The notes under the pieces are model-generated. The model was not told the origin of the DNA, did not search any database, and saw only the letters and a program-made list of their open reading frames with translations. A stretch of DNA of 64,000 bases from Isurus oxyrinchus. Lineage: Eukaryota. Every line of letters starts with the position of its first letter. Positions within the stretch are counted from its first letter, which is position 1. Position numbers and translations under genes: made by a program. Of the stretch, positions 26,901 to 38,540 are shown in pieces. The DNA lies in assembly GCA_026770705.1 (NCBI GenBank), contig JANJGN010000021.1, forward strand, positions 90,458,001 through 90,522,000, written 5' to 3'.

Positions 26901-27289
26901 ACTTGAGGACTCAATAAGGGTAATTAATAGTCCTCCAAGGGAACTTACCCACCAAGCCGGAATGCTGTCCAGGTTTTGTTGCACATAGTCACGGATTGCC
27001 TAAGTATCTAATGAGATGCAAATGGTTTTAACCATTTTCCAATATTCAGCGAATATCCCTATGAATAATTAATTTGCTCGTTTTTATGTTTTTTGACCAT
27101 TCATTAGTTTAATGAAGTGGCAAACAGCAATGAGAATTACACCCGGGCTAGAGCTGAAACTCTATTTCAAATGTCCCCCTAACTAATTTTAAGACAGATA
27201 CCTTTACTTCAGTTTTCCTCTTTAAGTGCAAATATTCACATTGAGCTCTTGGAGCAAAATAATAAGTAGCTGATCAATGCATGCACTGT

Positions 27290-28215
27290 GAGCTCCTTAG
27301 GGCATTGCCCTCAGCCTTTGTTCCATCATAAGGGCAGAAGTGGAGATGTTGGCTGATGATTACAAATATTCAGCATCATTCACGATGCTTCAGATACTGA
27401 AGCAGTTCATGTTCAAATGTACCAAGACCTAAACAATATCCAGTCTTGGCCAGACAAGTGGTAAGTAACATTCGTGTCTCACACACGTGCCAGACAATGA
27501 CCATCTACAGCAGAAGACAATCTAACCATCGCCCCTTGACGTTGAATGATATTACCATTGCTGAATTACCCAATATCAACATATTGGAAGTTACATTTCA
27601 CCAGAACCTGAAATGAATTAAGCAAATAAATACAATGGTTACAAGAGGATGTCAGGGGTGAAGAATCGTACGGCTTGGAACTCGTCTCCTGACTCCCCAA
27701 AGCCTGTCCCCCATCTACAAGGCTCAAATCGGAAGTGTGATGAAATGCTCCTCAATTGCCTTGGTGAGTGCAGCTGCAAAGCAATCACGGAATTTGACAG
27801 TAGGACAAAGCAGCCCAATTGATTACCATCACACCCACACACCACACACCTTCCACCATCGACAAACAGTAGCAGAAGCGTGTATCACCCAAAAGTTGCA
27901 TTGTAAGAAGTATACAGCACTTCACAAACCCAAGACCACGATCATTCAGAATGGCAAAGGCAGCAGATAGATGGGAGCAGCACCACCTTAATTTCCACCC
28001 CAAGGTTAGCACCATCCTGACTTGGAAAGGTATCGCAATTCCTTCACTGCCGTTGGGTCAATATCCTTGAACTCCATCCTAAGAGCACTGTTGGTGTACA
28101 TAACCACAGCGGTTCAAGTAGGCAGCTCATCACTAATATCTCATGGGCAGCTAGGGATAGGCAACAAATACTGGCCTAACTGGCGTAGCCCACGTCCTCT
28201 GAATGAATTATTTTA
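27290..28215 (+). mobile_element. LINE RT C-terminus plus tail; copy at 52560-53520
   Basis: 'MLADD...QDL.NIQ.WPDK' (ORFs 52558 and 52756). Confidence 0.85.
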
Positions 28216-30659
28216 AAGAATAATAAATTTGTTTATAAATCGTGGCATGCATCTACCACATACCATTTTCTGACAGGAAAAAACATAAAGATGTCAGCTA
28301 TCAGTAGTTCTTTTTGACACTTATCCTTTCCTGTTCGTTTGAAATTCGTTGAGATAAGCAAAAAATATAATGGATGCAGGTCCACTTTCTGCTGCTTCAT
28401 AACATTTGTTTTTGCTGTCTTTCAGAAGATGGAAATCTCCAGACCAAATTTAGTACACTATCAATCTGCTAGCTCTTTCTTTCGTTATTCAAAACACGAT
28501 AAACCTTAGTTGTGTAAAACTCTAAATATCCACGCTGAAGCGATTCAATAGGAATTAAACTCATTATATATTGTCAGTTAAAAGCACTTGCTCAATGTTT
28601 TGGTGATATCTTCACAACAAAATACAGCAGAGAGAGATTCTACTCGGTTTACTATGTCTGTGACAAAAATTTGAAAACACTATCCAACTTATCTTACCCC
28701 GCTCCACGTTCTTTCCAAATATTTGCCGAAACCCAGTGCCCCCAGACAATCAAACAGTTTCGGACTGTTTGGTAAAGTCACATACCATACACTTAAGAGT
28801 AATTGAATTTGCTTCCAACACCCAGCCAGTCAGCGCAATCAATTCACAATGTAATGATCAATTGGCTTTCTGTTAATGCATGTCATCAAGTAGAGTAGCT
28901 AAATAGTGAAAGTTTGAAAATAATGAATTTTGGGACAGAAGTAAATTAAGGATTCTGTGAACCAACATATACTACAATTCTGTGCACATATTCTGCCAGC
29001 AATCCTTAGATGAAAATGCGCTCCTCAACATCCACACATTAAAAGTCAGCGGGCATGGAATTCAAATAATTTGCACAGCATTCCAGTTGGACATTCGTCC
29101 ATAGGGATGTCAAAAAAGTGATGAATTTTAATCGGCTGCCCGCTCTACGCAGCACCTTTTCTGTAACTTCATTGAATTCCCAAAATGAATTAATCAGTAA
29201 TTTGTTTTATTTTGCCACTGCCAGGGGATAATATTTTCATTTGTTTGTTTTATTTCCAGCAAAGTTGAATTTAGTCTCCCTGACGTCCCTCGATTTTTCT
29301 CAATACCAGGGCATAGGAGTGATTAATTCAGAATGCTGTCTTAAAGTTTGGTGAGGCACAGAATAATTACAGAACTCTCTGAAGTGCTTTATGTGAAGTC
29401 AGCATTTATTTTGCATTGAATCTCCACAAAAGGCAAGTTACATTCGCTTATTATCTGTAGTTTACAATTAACAAACCAAAATCCAAAAATACTGACTCAT
29501 AAAATCAAGAGTCAAAGTTACTTATTATCACGTTAAATTAGTTCTTCAAAACTCAAAATTGACACTTGTTATTTACCAAGGTGTTTGTTTATTCTACTTA
29601 AGTAGAAACCGTTATGCAATTAAAAGGGAACAATCATTGAAAGCAGCACGATGCATACGTGGTCTCGAGCTACCTATCAGTTTGAATGATATATGCTTCA
29701 TATTCCTTTCAACTCCAAAATTGAACAGCAACAATATCATCAATATCAACATGAGCAGTGTCATATAGCAAACTGACATCGCTGACTTTCCTCCATCGCG
29801 GAAGGTTAAATCATTCCATGGCATTAAAAATCATCGAGGGCCCAGAGCAAATATTCTTGCCTTGGATTTGGCAATGCTTTACAAACAATTATTGATATAC
29901 ATTTAATTATGGTCTTGCTATTTTAGTTCCCTTTACCGTCTTAAACTGAAGATTTATAAATGTGCTGCATCAACATGAACATTCAGGAGAAGCTTCATCA
30001 GTTATACATTGTGCTATTTACCATGATCTATTTTTGAGAAAACAGAGGATAAACCAGTTTATATGAACGAGGTTTGTACATGGAAGCAATCCAAGTACCT
30101 CAGAGGTGCAGAATCTTAAAGAATGTATGGTTAATCCATTGCACGCATGGAGGTTTACGTGAAATGCGTATTCATAATATAGAATTGCATCGAAATTTCA
30201 AGCACAAGAACAGACCTGTATACCAAAGGTGTTAATGGTGGCATCTATGCCACTCAAGAGCCACTTTTCATCGACTTTCATCTAATCTTATGAATATTTG
30301 GTTTCACTTTCTCCCTTGAGTCTGTGTCGAGCCTCCATTATATAAATCGATGTGATTCCTCTCACTCAATGAGATTTCCATATGCTCGATTCTGATTTAT
30401 CCAATGGACAACACAACCATGATTACTGATCCTAAGGGGCATCATGATGAAACTGTGATTAAGAAAAACATTATGTTAAATCAAAAATGCTGACCACGTA
30501 TTTCCCAGTACTTTAAATGAAATTGTTGATCTTTTTGGTTTTTAAACAATCCAAATTAAATGAGATGGGTAACTTCAATATAACAGTCTATACCTTTACT
30601 GACAGAAAAGCAAAGACTTAATGCCAAGTTAGCAAGAATAATTTTACAGTTTCATCGTA

Positions 30660-33600
30660 GAGCACAAGTTGAATATGGAAGAAGGATATTGCTCAATCAC
30701 TTCTCATGCACTCATCAGGACAAGCGCAATAATGCAAAAAATTAAACGATAACAGCAACTTATAATAGTGGGAAAATAATGTTGATTGGTAGGTAAATTG
30801 ACGCTCATAATCCACGACGTTACTTTCCTGAAAACAATTGGAAGGTATAGGATCTGCAAGCACCTGGGTAATTGAAAAAAGTAAGACTTTAAGATAATCA
30901 ATTTGTTTTGAGTGTTGCAAGGGTTGGCTGGCTGGATACACAATCTACTCTGCCTATAACGAACAAGGAAAATATTTTGTCATTTGATAAGTTCAGACAT
31001 GCTCCCCAACGATTAGCTTATCGAATCAAACAACATGTTTCCTCAGTTGTTACTAATAGAATGAGCAGAGAGTTTCGTGACTCCGCCTGCACTTGTAAAA
31101 TGCAAAACAAAATGTCAACTGATACATGTGAGTAGGTAATTGGGCAGCCCGTGCTGAATAATCCTATATGTGATAGTAAATAACCTAACAACCAACTTAA
31201 CGTGACCTGCCATTCTCATAATGTGGCTCATTTACACTCTCTAGAAGTGGCAAGCATTCATATGCAGACACCCATCCTCTGTAAATAGAAGGCATATAAA
31301 CGCCTTGGAAAACAGAACACGAGTATTGCTGAAAATAATTGACTTGCTGTTGAAGCTTTCTATCTTGCATGCATCAGACACATGAATGCTAAACTGAAAA
31401 GGGGGCAGACTTTGATCCAGGTTGAGGGAAAAAAGTGCTGAATGGTTGACAAGTAGACAATGGCAATTCGAGCCGTTGCATGGAAAATGCACCAGGGAAC
31501 TATTGTCCCCCATGTTTTTGTTTAATTCAAATAGTTCAAAAGTATGAGCATTTTCCATTTTCTGCAGAGCGCTGGCCCAACTATGAATAAGTGCAGCTTC
31601 TAGCAAACCTAACTGAGCCACATTGTGAGGTGAACCATCATTGTTAAATTGGTTGTTAGTGTAATTGTTAGCACACTTGCATTTGTACCGCAGGCACTGT
31701 CACATCGCAGAATCACATCCAATGGTAAAAAAATATCATCTGATCCTGGAAATATGGGCCTGTTGTGTATAGTTACTGCTCTACACAAATGTTGCAAATA
31801 TGTGAAGGGGATTACTGTTTGATAGGTTCCGCCAATCATTGGGATGTAAGACAACATACATGGCATCAGACCAGCACTAAAATCCATACATCACGTGATA
31901 TGAAACCCAAGTTTATCTCGCTGGTACGGCGGAGTTCAGGAACTTTAAGCTCAGATGGACTTTGGAGCTTTCCACCGGAAGAGATCAGCACAGACCCGAT
32001 GCATTTTTTACATTTTACAATGCCCAGTAGTCTTATGTATAGCGGTGTACAAAACCCAGGTCAGGTGACCGAGAGCAAGGCGCCAGCGCAAGCAAGTATC
32101 CCAAGCAGGGGACAGTGAGAGTGAAAAGTGAAACGTCCCACAGTAGAGAAGAAAAAGAAAAAGGTCCAAGAGGGGAGAACGGATAGTGAGATGAATAGGA
32201 CCCAGATCAATTGGAAAGAGTACAGCAAAGAAACAGGTCCCAAAAAGGAAAATGGCAGAAGAAAGCAGCTTTTAAGTGAAGAAGACAGGAAGAGGTTACT
32301 GATTCTCTGCTTGAGGCCTTTGGGGCAAAGGTCCCATAATGGAACAATCGTTTTCTGCTCCACGTGGCCGAAGACCTGGAATTTTGCTGCTGATTGGATG
32401 CTCGAGTTCATGGTCTGGACCCCAAGGGAAAAGATCCACTGAACTCCAGATTGAAACACTGGGGCATCGTTGATAGTTGAAAAAAACTCAGGTAAGGGCA
32501 GGAAAATCCAAGAAGTCAGCAGAATGATGGTAAATCCATGCTGCTGACCATTTGGCGAATGGTGCTCCTTTGAAGCAGCAGTTCTGCTTGTGATGGCTGA
32601 AGATCTGAAGTTCGGATAGAGAGTTGGTGCTTGAAAGATTACTTAGTGTTTTAGGGTAAAATAATTTTGGAGGATGATTTTAAAACCCTGCGAGGTGGGC
32701 ATTTCTGGATAGCAGCCAAATTGGAGCCATATTTGGGGAACATTCCAAGGCGATATGTTCGAAGCTGAGTACTGGGCTCCCTCGTGGAAGAGGCAGAGTT
32801 TCAATGGGATTTCTTGACCCACAGAGTTACTGGTAATCTAGGAGGCCTGTTGAGAAATCCATAGACGTTTTCTTGGGAGCATGTCATTTATCGTGCAGAG
32901 TGGTGCATTTGATCACAGTTGGCTTGTTAATTCACATATAGCTCATACTTATCTTGGCTACACGTGTATAAGTTAGATTTTGCATGTTGCTTTTTATTTT
33001 TTACATTGTGAATTAAAGTTGACCATTGTTCAAAGCATGTGAAATAATTTCTTTGAAGCTAGAACGTTGGGTACATTAAATAAAATGTTATTGGTCCATA
33101 AGCGGATCTTACCCGCTGGTTGAGAGCCTGAACTACAGTGAATGCATAAGCTGTCCATTTGTATGGCAGTCAGATCGTCTGTTAAGATTGACAACAAAAT
33201 CCTGATAGTGGAAGATACAACTGCGTGTTATTGCACAATAGCAGCTTGAAATCGCTAGCTTCACGTGTTACTCAATTTTACAAACTACTTCACCCTTACA
33301 GGGTAATTTGAGATAGTCTGTGCACTTTCAGGGCCGAGGTGTCGGCCTTTTGTCCGTTTGTCAAGGAGTGCAACTCATAGAGCAAAATTAAATGATCACA
33401 ATGTCTATTATACTGCAGGATAGGTTTGATGTGCCCGATTTCAATGTCTGCATTGCATAATGAGCAAATGGCTGCCGACCCATTTTCGAGATTGCCAATG
33501 CAGACAATCTTATACTCGGTGGAGCTGTAATAATCCCAATTAACATATTGATGAGTGACTGTAGGCTGGCAGTAAAGAGAAGTGTGGTACATATCTCGGG

Positions 33601-33850
33601 ATATCTCGATAACAGAATCGAGGGATGGGTGATCATTAGGCTGCTCAATTTCAAAGATGACTTTCAGTCTTGGACGGAACACATGAAGGTGTGCAAGAAA
33701 AGGCTTACATGAAACTGCAGATTCACATGTAACAAAAGTTTTAAAATAATGTTTCAAGCCTTGCATATTTGCTTTTAATTAGCAACGAGCTTAGAGAACC
33801 TGCAGTTCCCCTTCCTTACTTCAAGGTCACTCAGAGTCGACTTGCCAAAA
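30660..33850 (-). mobile_element. Old Penelope-like element with inverted segment; copy at ~55880-60680
   Basis: ORF 33296-33766 'YC.PT.T.QYVNWD.YSS..YKI.CIGNL...AICS' (PLE RT C-terminus); ORF 31241-31621 'LEAALI...ALQK' (GIY-YIG end); inverted + strand piece at ~30990-31310. Confidence 0.8.
31895..33130. mobile_element. ~1.2-kb insertion inside the Penelope, possibly a solo LTR; copy at ~57230-58490
   Basis: Interrupts the start of the PLE endonuclease. AATAAA near 33080 and a 'cataaca' end-like motif at ~58450; termini not resolved. Confidence 0.4.
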
Positions 33851-35242
33851 AGACAGCACCACTTTAACCTTTGTGAAGCGAGATAATGATTAATTACCAA
33901 AAATCAATTATGTTTATCTTGATATAAGTGAAATACGGTTCTTTATGCCCTGCCCATGTTCTCTGCAAAGACACAGATTCGTTTCAGCAACGCCCTTAAG
34001 TAAAATATTTCTTCCTCCTTTAAACAAGTGCAAAAAATAGTCATGCTCTTTCTTGTCTAAGTCGCCATTGATTTACTTCTACGTCTCCAGAAATCAAGCT
34101 TGAATCAGAGATAAAGCATCACATGTATTTATCTATGTCCCATGTCTTTTGAATTGTTTGCAAATATTCAATCTCTATAGGACGAAATGACCTGCAGATC
34201 AGATACCCTCGAATTATGCCCCCGCCAGAGCACAGCGTGCTTAGAGAATAGATGAAATGGATGGTTGCAATCAGCAGTCTGCTTCGCATTGATCGATTTC
34301 TAGTTCGCTGACATCAGTAAAATGAAAACAACGTTAGCTCCCTTTGAGAACAAATCCAGGAAATGCTGGAAAAAGCCACAGGTCTAACAGCATCTGCAGA
34401 GAGAAAGACAGAATTAATTTTTCGAGTCCAAATGATTCTTCTTCTGATTCTCTCTTCACATGGACTCGAACCGTTAACTCTGTCTTTTTCTCCACATATT
34501 CTTTCAGACCTGCTGTGTTTTTCCAGCATTTTCTGGCTACGTTCCAGATTTCCTGCACCCGCAACATTTTGCTTTTATCCTGTTGTACTCTCCGTTTACT
34601 GTTAAGATTAAAAACGCACCAGCATTTCTTGAGGTCTAGTTAGATCCACAAAATATCTCAATCGATGTGGAAAAAGTGAATGATATGGAAGTACAGTTAT
34701 CGTTGTAATGTCTGCAACTCTGCAGCCAATTCGCTCAGAGCCAATTGCCACAAATAGCAATTTAAAAATGACCAAATCATCTCTTGTAAATTTCTGACCA
34801 ATCTCACATATTTTGCCTGAATTCCATCTCGTCTATTCTTTATTTTCCAAAGCGTCAAGATTCATTCATAGCCTCATAGAACACTTAGCTGTCTGGCAGA
34901 AATTCGAAATTCAGTTACTACGAACTAAGCATGTTTTATTCTGAGAGAATGCAATCTTCACCCAGAGCCATCTACTCGAACCCACCTGGTCACGCTCTTT
35001 CCATGCATTTTGAAGGTTAATATTTTCTTCGACAACTGCATCATCTCTATCTGAAATCCTGATAGAATCAATGTTAACAGCTACTCAGAAAGCACACCAT
35101 TAAATCATCCTAGGTGCGTTGTAATGCCACATGTGCATGTGGCTTGAATATTTCATATCGACACAAATGACTGTAAAAAAATAAGCGATATTTGTGCTGG
35201 GAGTGACACTCAAAAGGAAGGCTAACTGGCGACTTATCAGCA

Positions 35243-35808
35243 TGAAAGATAAAAACAAAGGACTGCCGATGCTGGAAATCAAGAAAAAACAGAATTACCT
35301 GGAAATACTCAGCAGGTCTGGCAGAATCAGCCGAGAAGGAAAAAGCTGATGTTTCGATTCCTCATGACCCTTCAACAGAACTGAGTAAAATTAGGAGAGG
35401 GGTGAAATATACGTTGGTTTTAGGTGAGTTGGGGGAAGGGGGAGAGAATTTGGGATGGGGGCTGGTTGTAGGAACAAGCAACCAGTGATAGGAGCAATAA
35501 TTAAAAGATGTCACAGACAAAAGAACAAAGGGGTGTTGAAGGTGTTGATAATGGCTAAACGAATGTGCTAATTAAGAATGGATGGCAGGACACACAAGGT
35601 ACAGCTCTAGTGTGGCTGGGGTAGAATAAGGCTAACAGGGCATAAAAGTTATAGCATTTAAAAATAATGGAAATAGTGGAAAAGAAAAATCTATGTAAAG
35701 TATTGGGAAAAAAAGCAAAAGAGGGGGTTGGAAGACACGGAAAGGGGGTGGGGATGGAGGAGAGAGTTCAAGATCTAAAGTTGTTGAATTCAATATTCAG
35801 TCCAGAAT
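35243..35808 (-). mobile_element. Truncated Penelope-like insertion (pLTR-sized), unit 2 only
   Basis: Homologous to 58872-59410; flanking TTATCAGCA duplicated at 35234-35242 and 35809-35817; empty site at ~62460. Confidence 0.85.
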
Positions 35809-36899
35809 TTATCAGCAAGCTCCATCTTTACCCCGCTGAAACTAACGGTAATAACAGCGTGACTCTCAATCGCAAGAGCGCAGAGATTCCGAAGTTGTGT
35901 TTGTAACTCAGAGTTCCAACTCAGGCCACTTCTCCATGCTCTACATCCGGCACAACTGGCGACCGTGGAATTCACCAGAATTTCGTCTTTTCCCACATCA
36001 CTTTTCTAAAGACACTTGTGCAATTAGGTCAGTTGCGTTTTCTGCAGCAACGTGGTTAATGTGTTGGAAAGAGAATAGAATTGACCCAATATCAAGCGTT
36101 AGCTATTCATTGCTCGGTAAGTTTTCAATTATGCCCCAAAAACAATCAGAAAATGTCTGCTTCTATATTCACCCCTTGTGCATGCCCCATTCTTAATCTA
36201 TTCATAAAATGTATAACCTATAAATTATAAAATGTATTCATAAAATTGCGATTTTATTTTGCTTTCATCATTTGCAGTTCGTAGGAGATCTACAATGCAA
36301 TAATTGTTTGGCTGTTTGGCAAGCTTCTGATATTACTACAGACTCATGCTGTGACTGCCGAGCAAAGAAGTCTGCAGTCAGTTGAAGTACGGCTGCCGGA
36401 AGATAGCGGTGGTATTTCCTTTAGAATGATCATTGACTGTCTCAAGTAAGGCTATATTGACGTTAGTGTTGAGGCCCCAAGCTTCTCCAATGACCAAACC
36501 AAAGGATTAAGGTATCTCCATCTGAAGTGCAACATGGGCATTGTGATTCCTTGTCCACTGCATGCTCAGTGAATAAGCGGTAGCAAATGAACTGTTAGAG
36601 CAAAATATTAGGCAGTGTGCTCATCAGCCTGTTTTTGTTCTTTGCTGTTGTGAAACTTCCGAATATGCAGCAATCATACTACACACTGCGCACTACGATT
36701 CTCCCAACCTGACGCTGCATCATATTGTCTTCTTGGATTTCATGCTTTTGGCTGCCAAAGAGATGAACAGCGTGATGACCACCGCGGAAGTGTTTCGTAG
36801 TTGTTTAGAGTGGAGGGAAGAGAGGGCTGTCTGCTTGTCATGCTCGGGTAAGTTTTAAGTTCCAATATTTCATTTAATTTTCGTGAATAAATGTTTGTA

Positions 36900-37420
36900 G
36901 GAGTGAATGGATGAGTGGGTGCATGAGGTATTGTGTAGCGGGGTAATCATTGTAGGTGGTTAGTTTGTGAGGTGGGTAGATGGTAATCATGGTTATTTTG
37001 GATTAGCTGGGTAGATTGACGAGGTGGTTGAATGGTTAGTGAGTAGATGGAGGGAAGAAGGAGAATGGGTTGGACATGTGAGTGAATGGGTTTGGTGGGT
37101 GGCTAAGATGTATGAGTGTCATAGCTTTGTTAATGCGTGATGCTGTAAATGTGTGTTGAAGGTGGCTGGTAAGGGGCATATACTTGATGTGGCCGTTGTG
37201 TAGTTGTTGGATCAGGAATGTAGTTGGGTGCGTGTGTAGGTGGGTGAGAGATCCGCTTGGAAATTAAGTGCAGTGGATAGTTTGGTGAGGTGGATAGGTG
37301 AGTCAGCAGACTGTTCGGTCTTATGCGGTTGGTTTGAATATGGGAGATAGTTGCATGCTGGTTGATATTCGCATTGGATTGAGGCCAGGTTGGCAGGAGG
37401 GTAGACGGGTGATTGGGCGG
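36900..37420. repeat. G/T-rich low-complexity tract; copy at ~63520-64000
   Basis: Degenerate GGGTG/GGTGA runs with strong strand asymmetry. Confidence 0.8.
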
Positions 37421-37429
37421 TTCGTGTCA

Positions 37430-38540
37430 CAGGTTCACACAATCACAGTGCAGAAGAAGCCCTTCGGCCAATCGACACTGCGCCAAAACGTGAGAAAATC
37501 CTGACCAAACTACCATTTCCAATTTAACATCACTTGGCCCATTGCCTTTAATGCTCTGACGCGCCAATTGCTCATCCAGGTACTTTCTAAAGGATGTGAG
37601 GCAACCCGCCTCCACCATGCACTCAGGAAGTGCATTCCAGACCGTCACCACCCTTTGGGTAAGAATTTTTCTCCTCACATCCACGCTAACCCTCCTGCTT
37701 CACACCTTGAGCTAATGCCCCCTTGTGACTGACACTTCAACTAAGGGGGACAGCTGCGCCCCAAGCCCCTCATAATTTTATATACATCGATGAAGTCGCC
37801 ACTCAGTGTTCTCTGCTCCAATGAAAACAACCCAAGTATATCTAACGTCTCTTCATAACTTAAATGTTTAATCCCAGGCAACATCCTGGTGAAGCTCCTC
37901 TGTACCACCTATAGTGCAATGGCATGCTTCCTATAATGTGACGAACTGAATTGTACACAGTTCTCCAGCTGTGGCCTCACTAAAGCTCTTTACAACTCCA
38001 ACATGACCTCAATTCTTTTGTAATCTGTGCCTCGATTGATAAAGGCAAGTGTCCCATATGCCTTTTTCACCACCCCTCTAACATGCCCCTCTGCCTTCAG
38101 AAATGAATGGACACAACGCCAAGATTCCTTTGTTCCTTAAAACTCCCTAGTGTCATGCCATTCATGGAATACTTCCTTGTCAAATTAATCCTTCCAAAGT
38201 GCATCACCTCACATTTTTCAGGGTTAAAATCCATCTGCCTATTATCTGCCTATCTGGCCAATCCTAACTGTATCTTCCTGTAGTGCAAGACTCTCAACCT
38301 CACTGTTAACCGCCCGGCCAATCTTTCTGTAATCCTCAAATTTACTAATCCCGGCCCCCACCTAGTCATCTATATTGTTTATATAAATGGACACCGTCTT
38401 CCATTCGCTCAAGCATCCTTCTGTCATAAATCTCTGCCTCCTACAACTAAGCCAATTTTGAATCCATATTATAAAATGACCCTGTATCACATGTGCACTT
38501 CCCATCTTTATAAGTCTCCCCTGTTGGAGCTTGCCAAATG
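37430..38540 (-). mobile_element. CR1 (HER1-type) LINE 3' end
   Basis: ORF 37427-37684 'DVRRK.LTQRVV.VWNALPE.MVEA..L.SF.K.LD'; 3' UTR 'ggccgaaggg...ctgcactgt'. Confidence 0.88.

Larger units (their letters stand above)
21248..34114 (+). pseudogene. Degenerate micro-exon chain (unit 2)
   Basis: 21248-21271, 24699-24722 and 28426-28452 are intact. 22479-22556 has an in-frame TGA, 22808-22834 has acceptor AA, 25446-25472 has donor TT, 29603-29626 has donor GG, and 34091-34114 has lost its donor. Confidence 0.45.

Noticed and set aside
32128-32442. 104-aa basic ORF with NLS-like KKKKK
   Set aside because: It lies in the inserted repeat and the frame is not preserved in the unit 3 copy.
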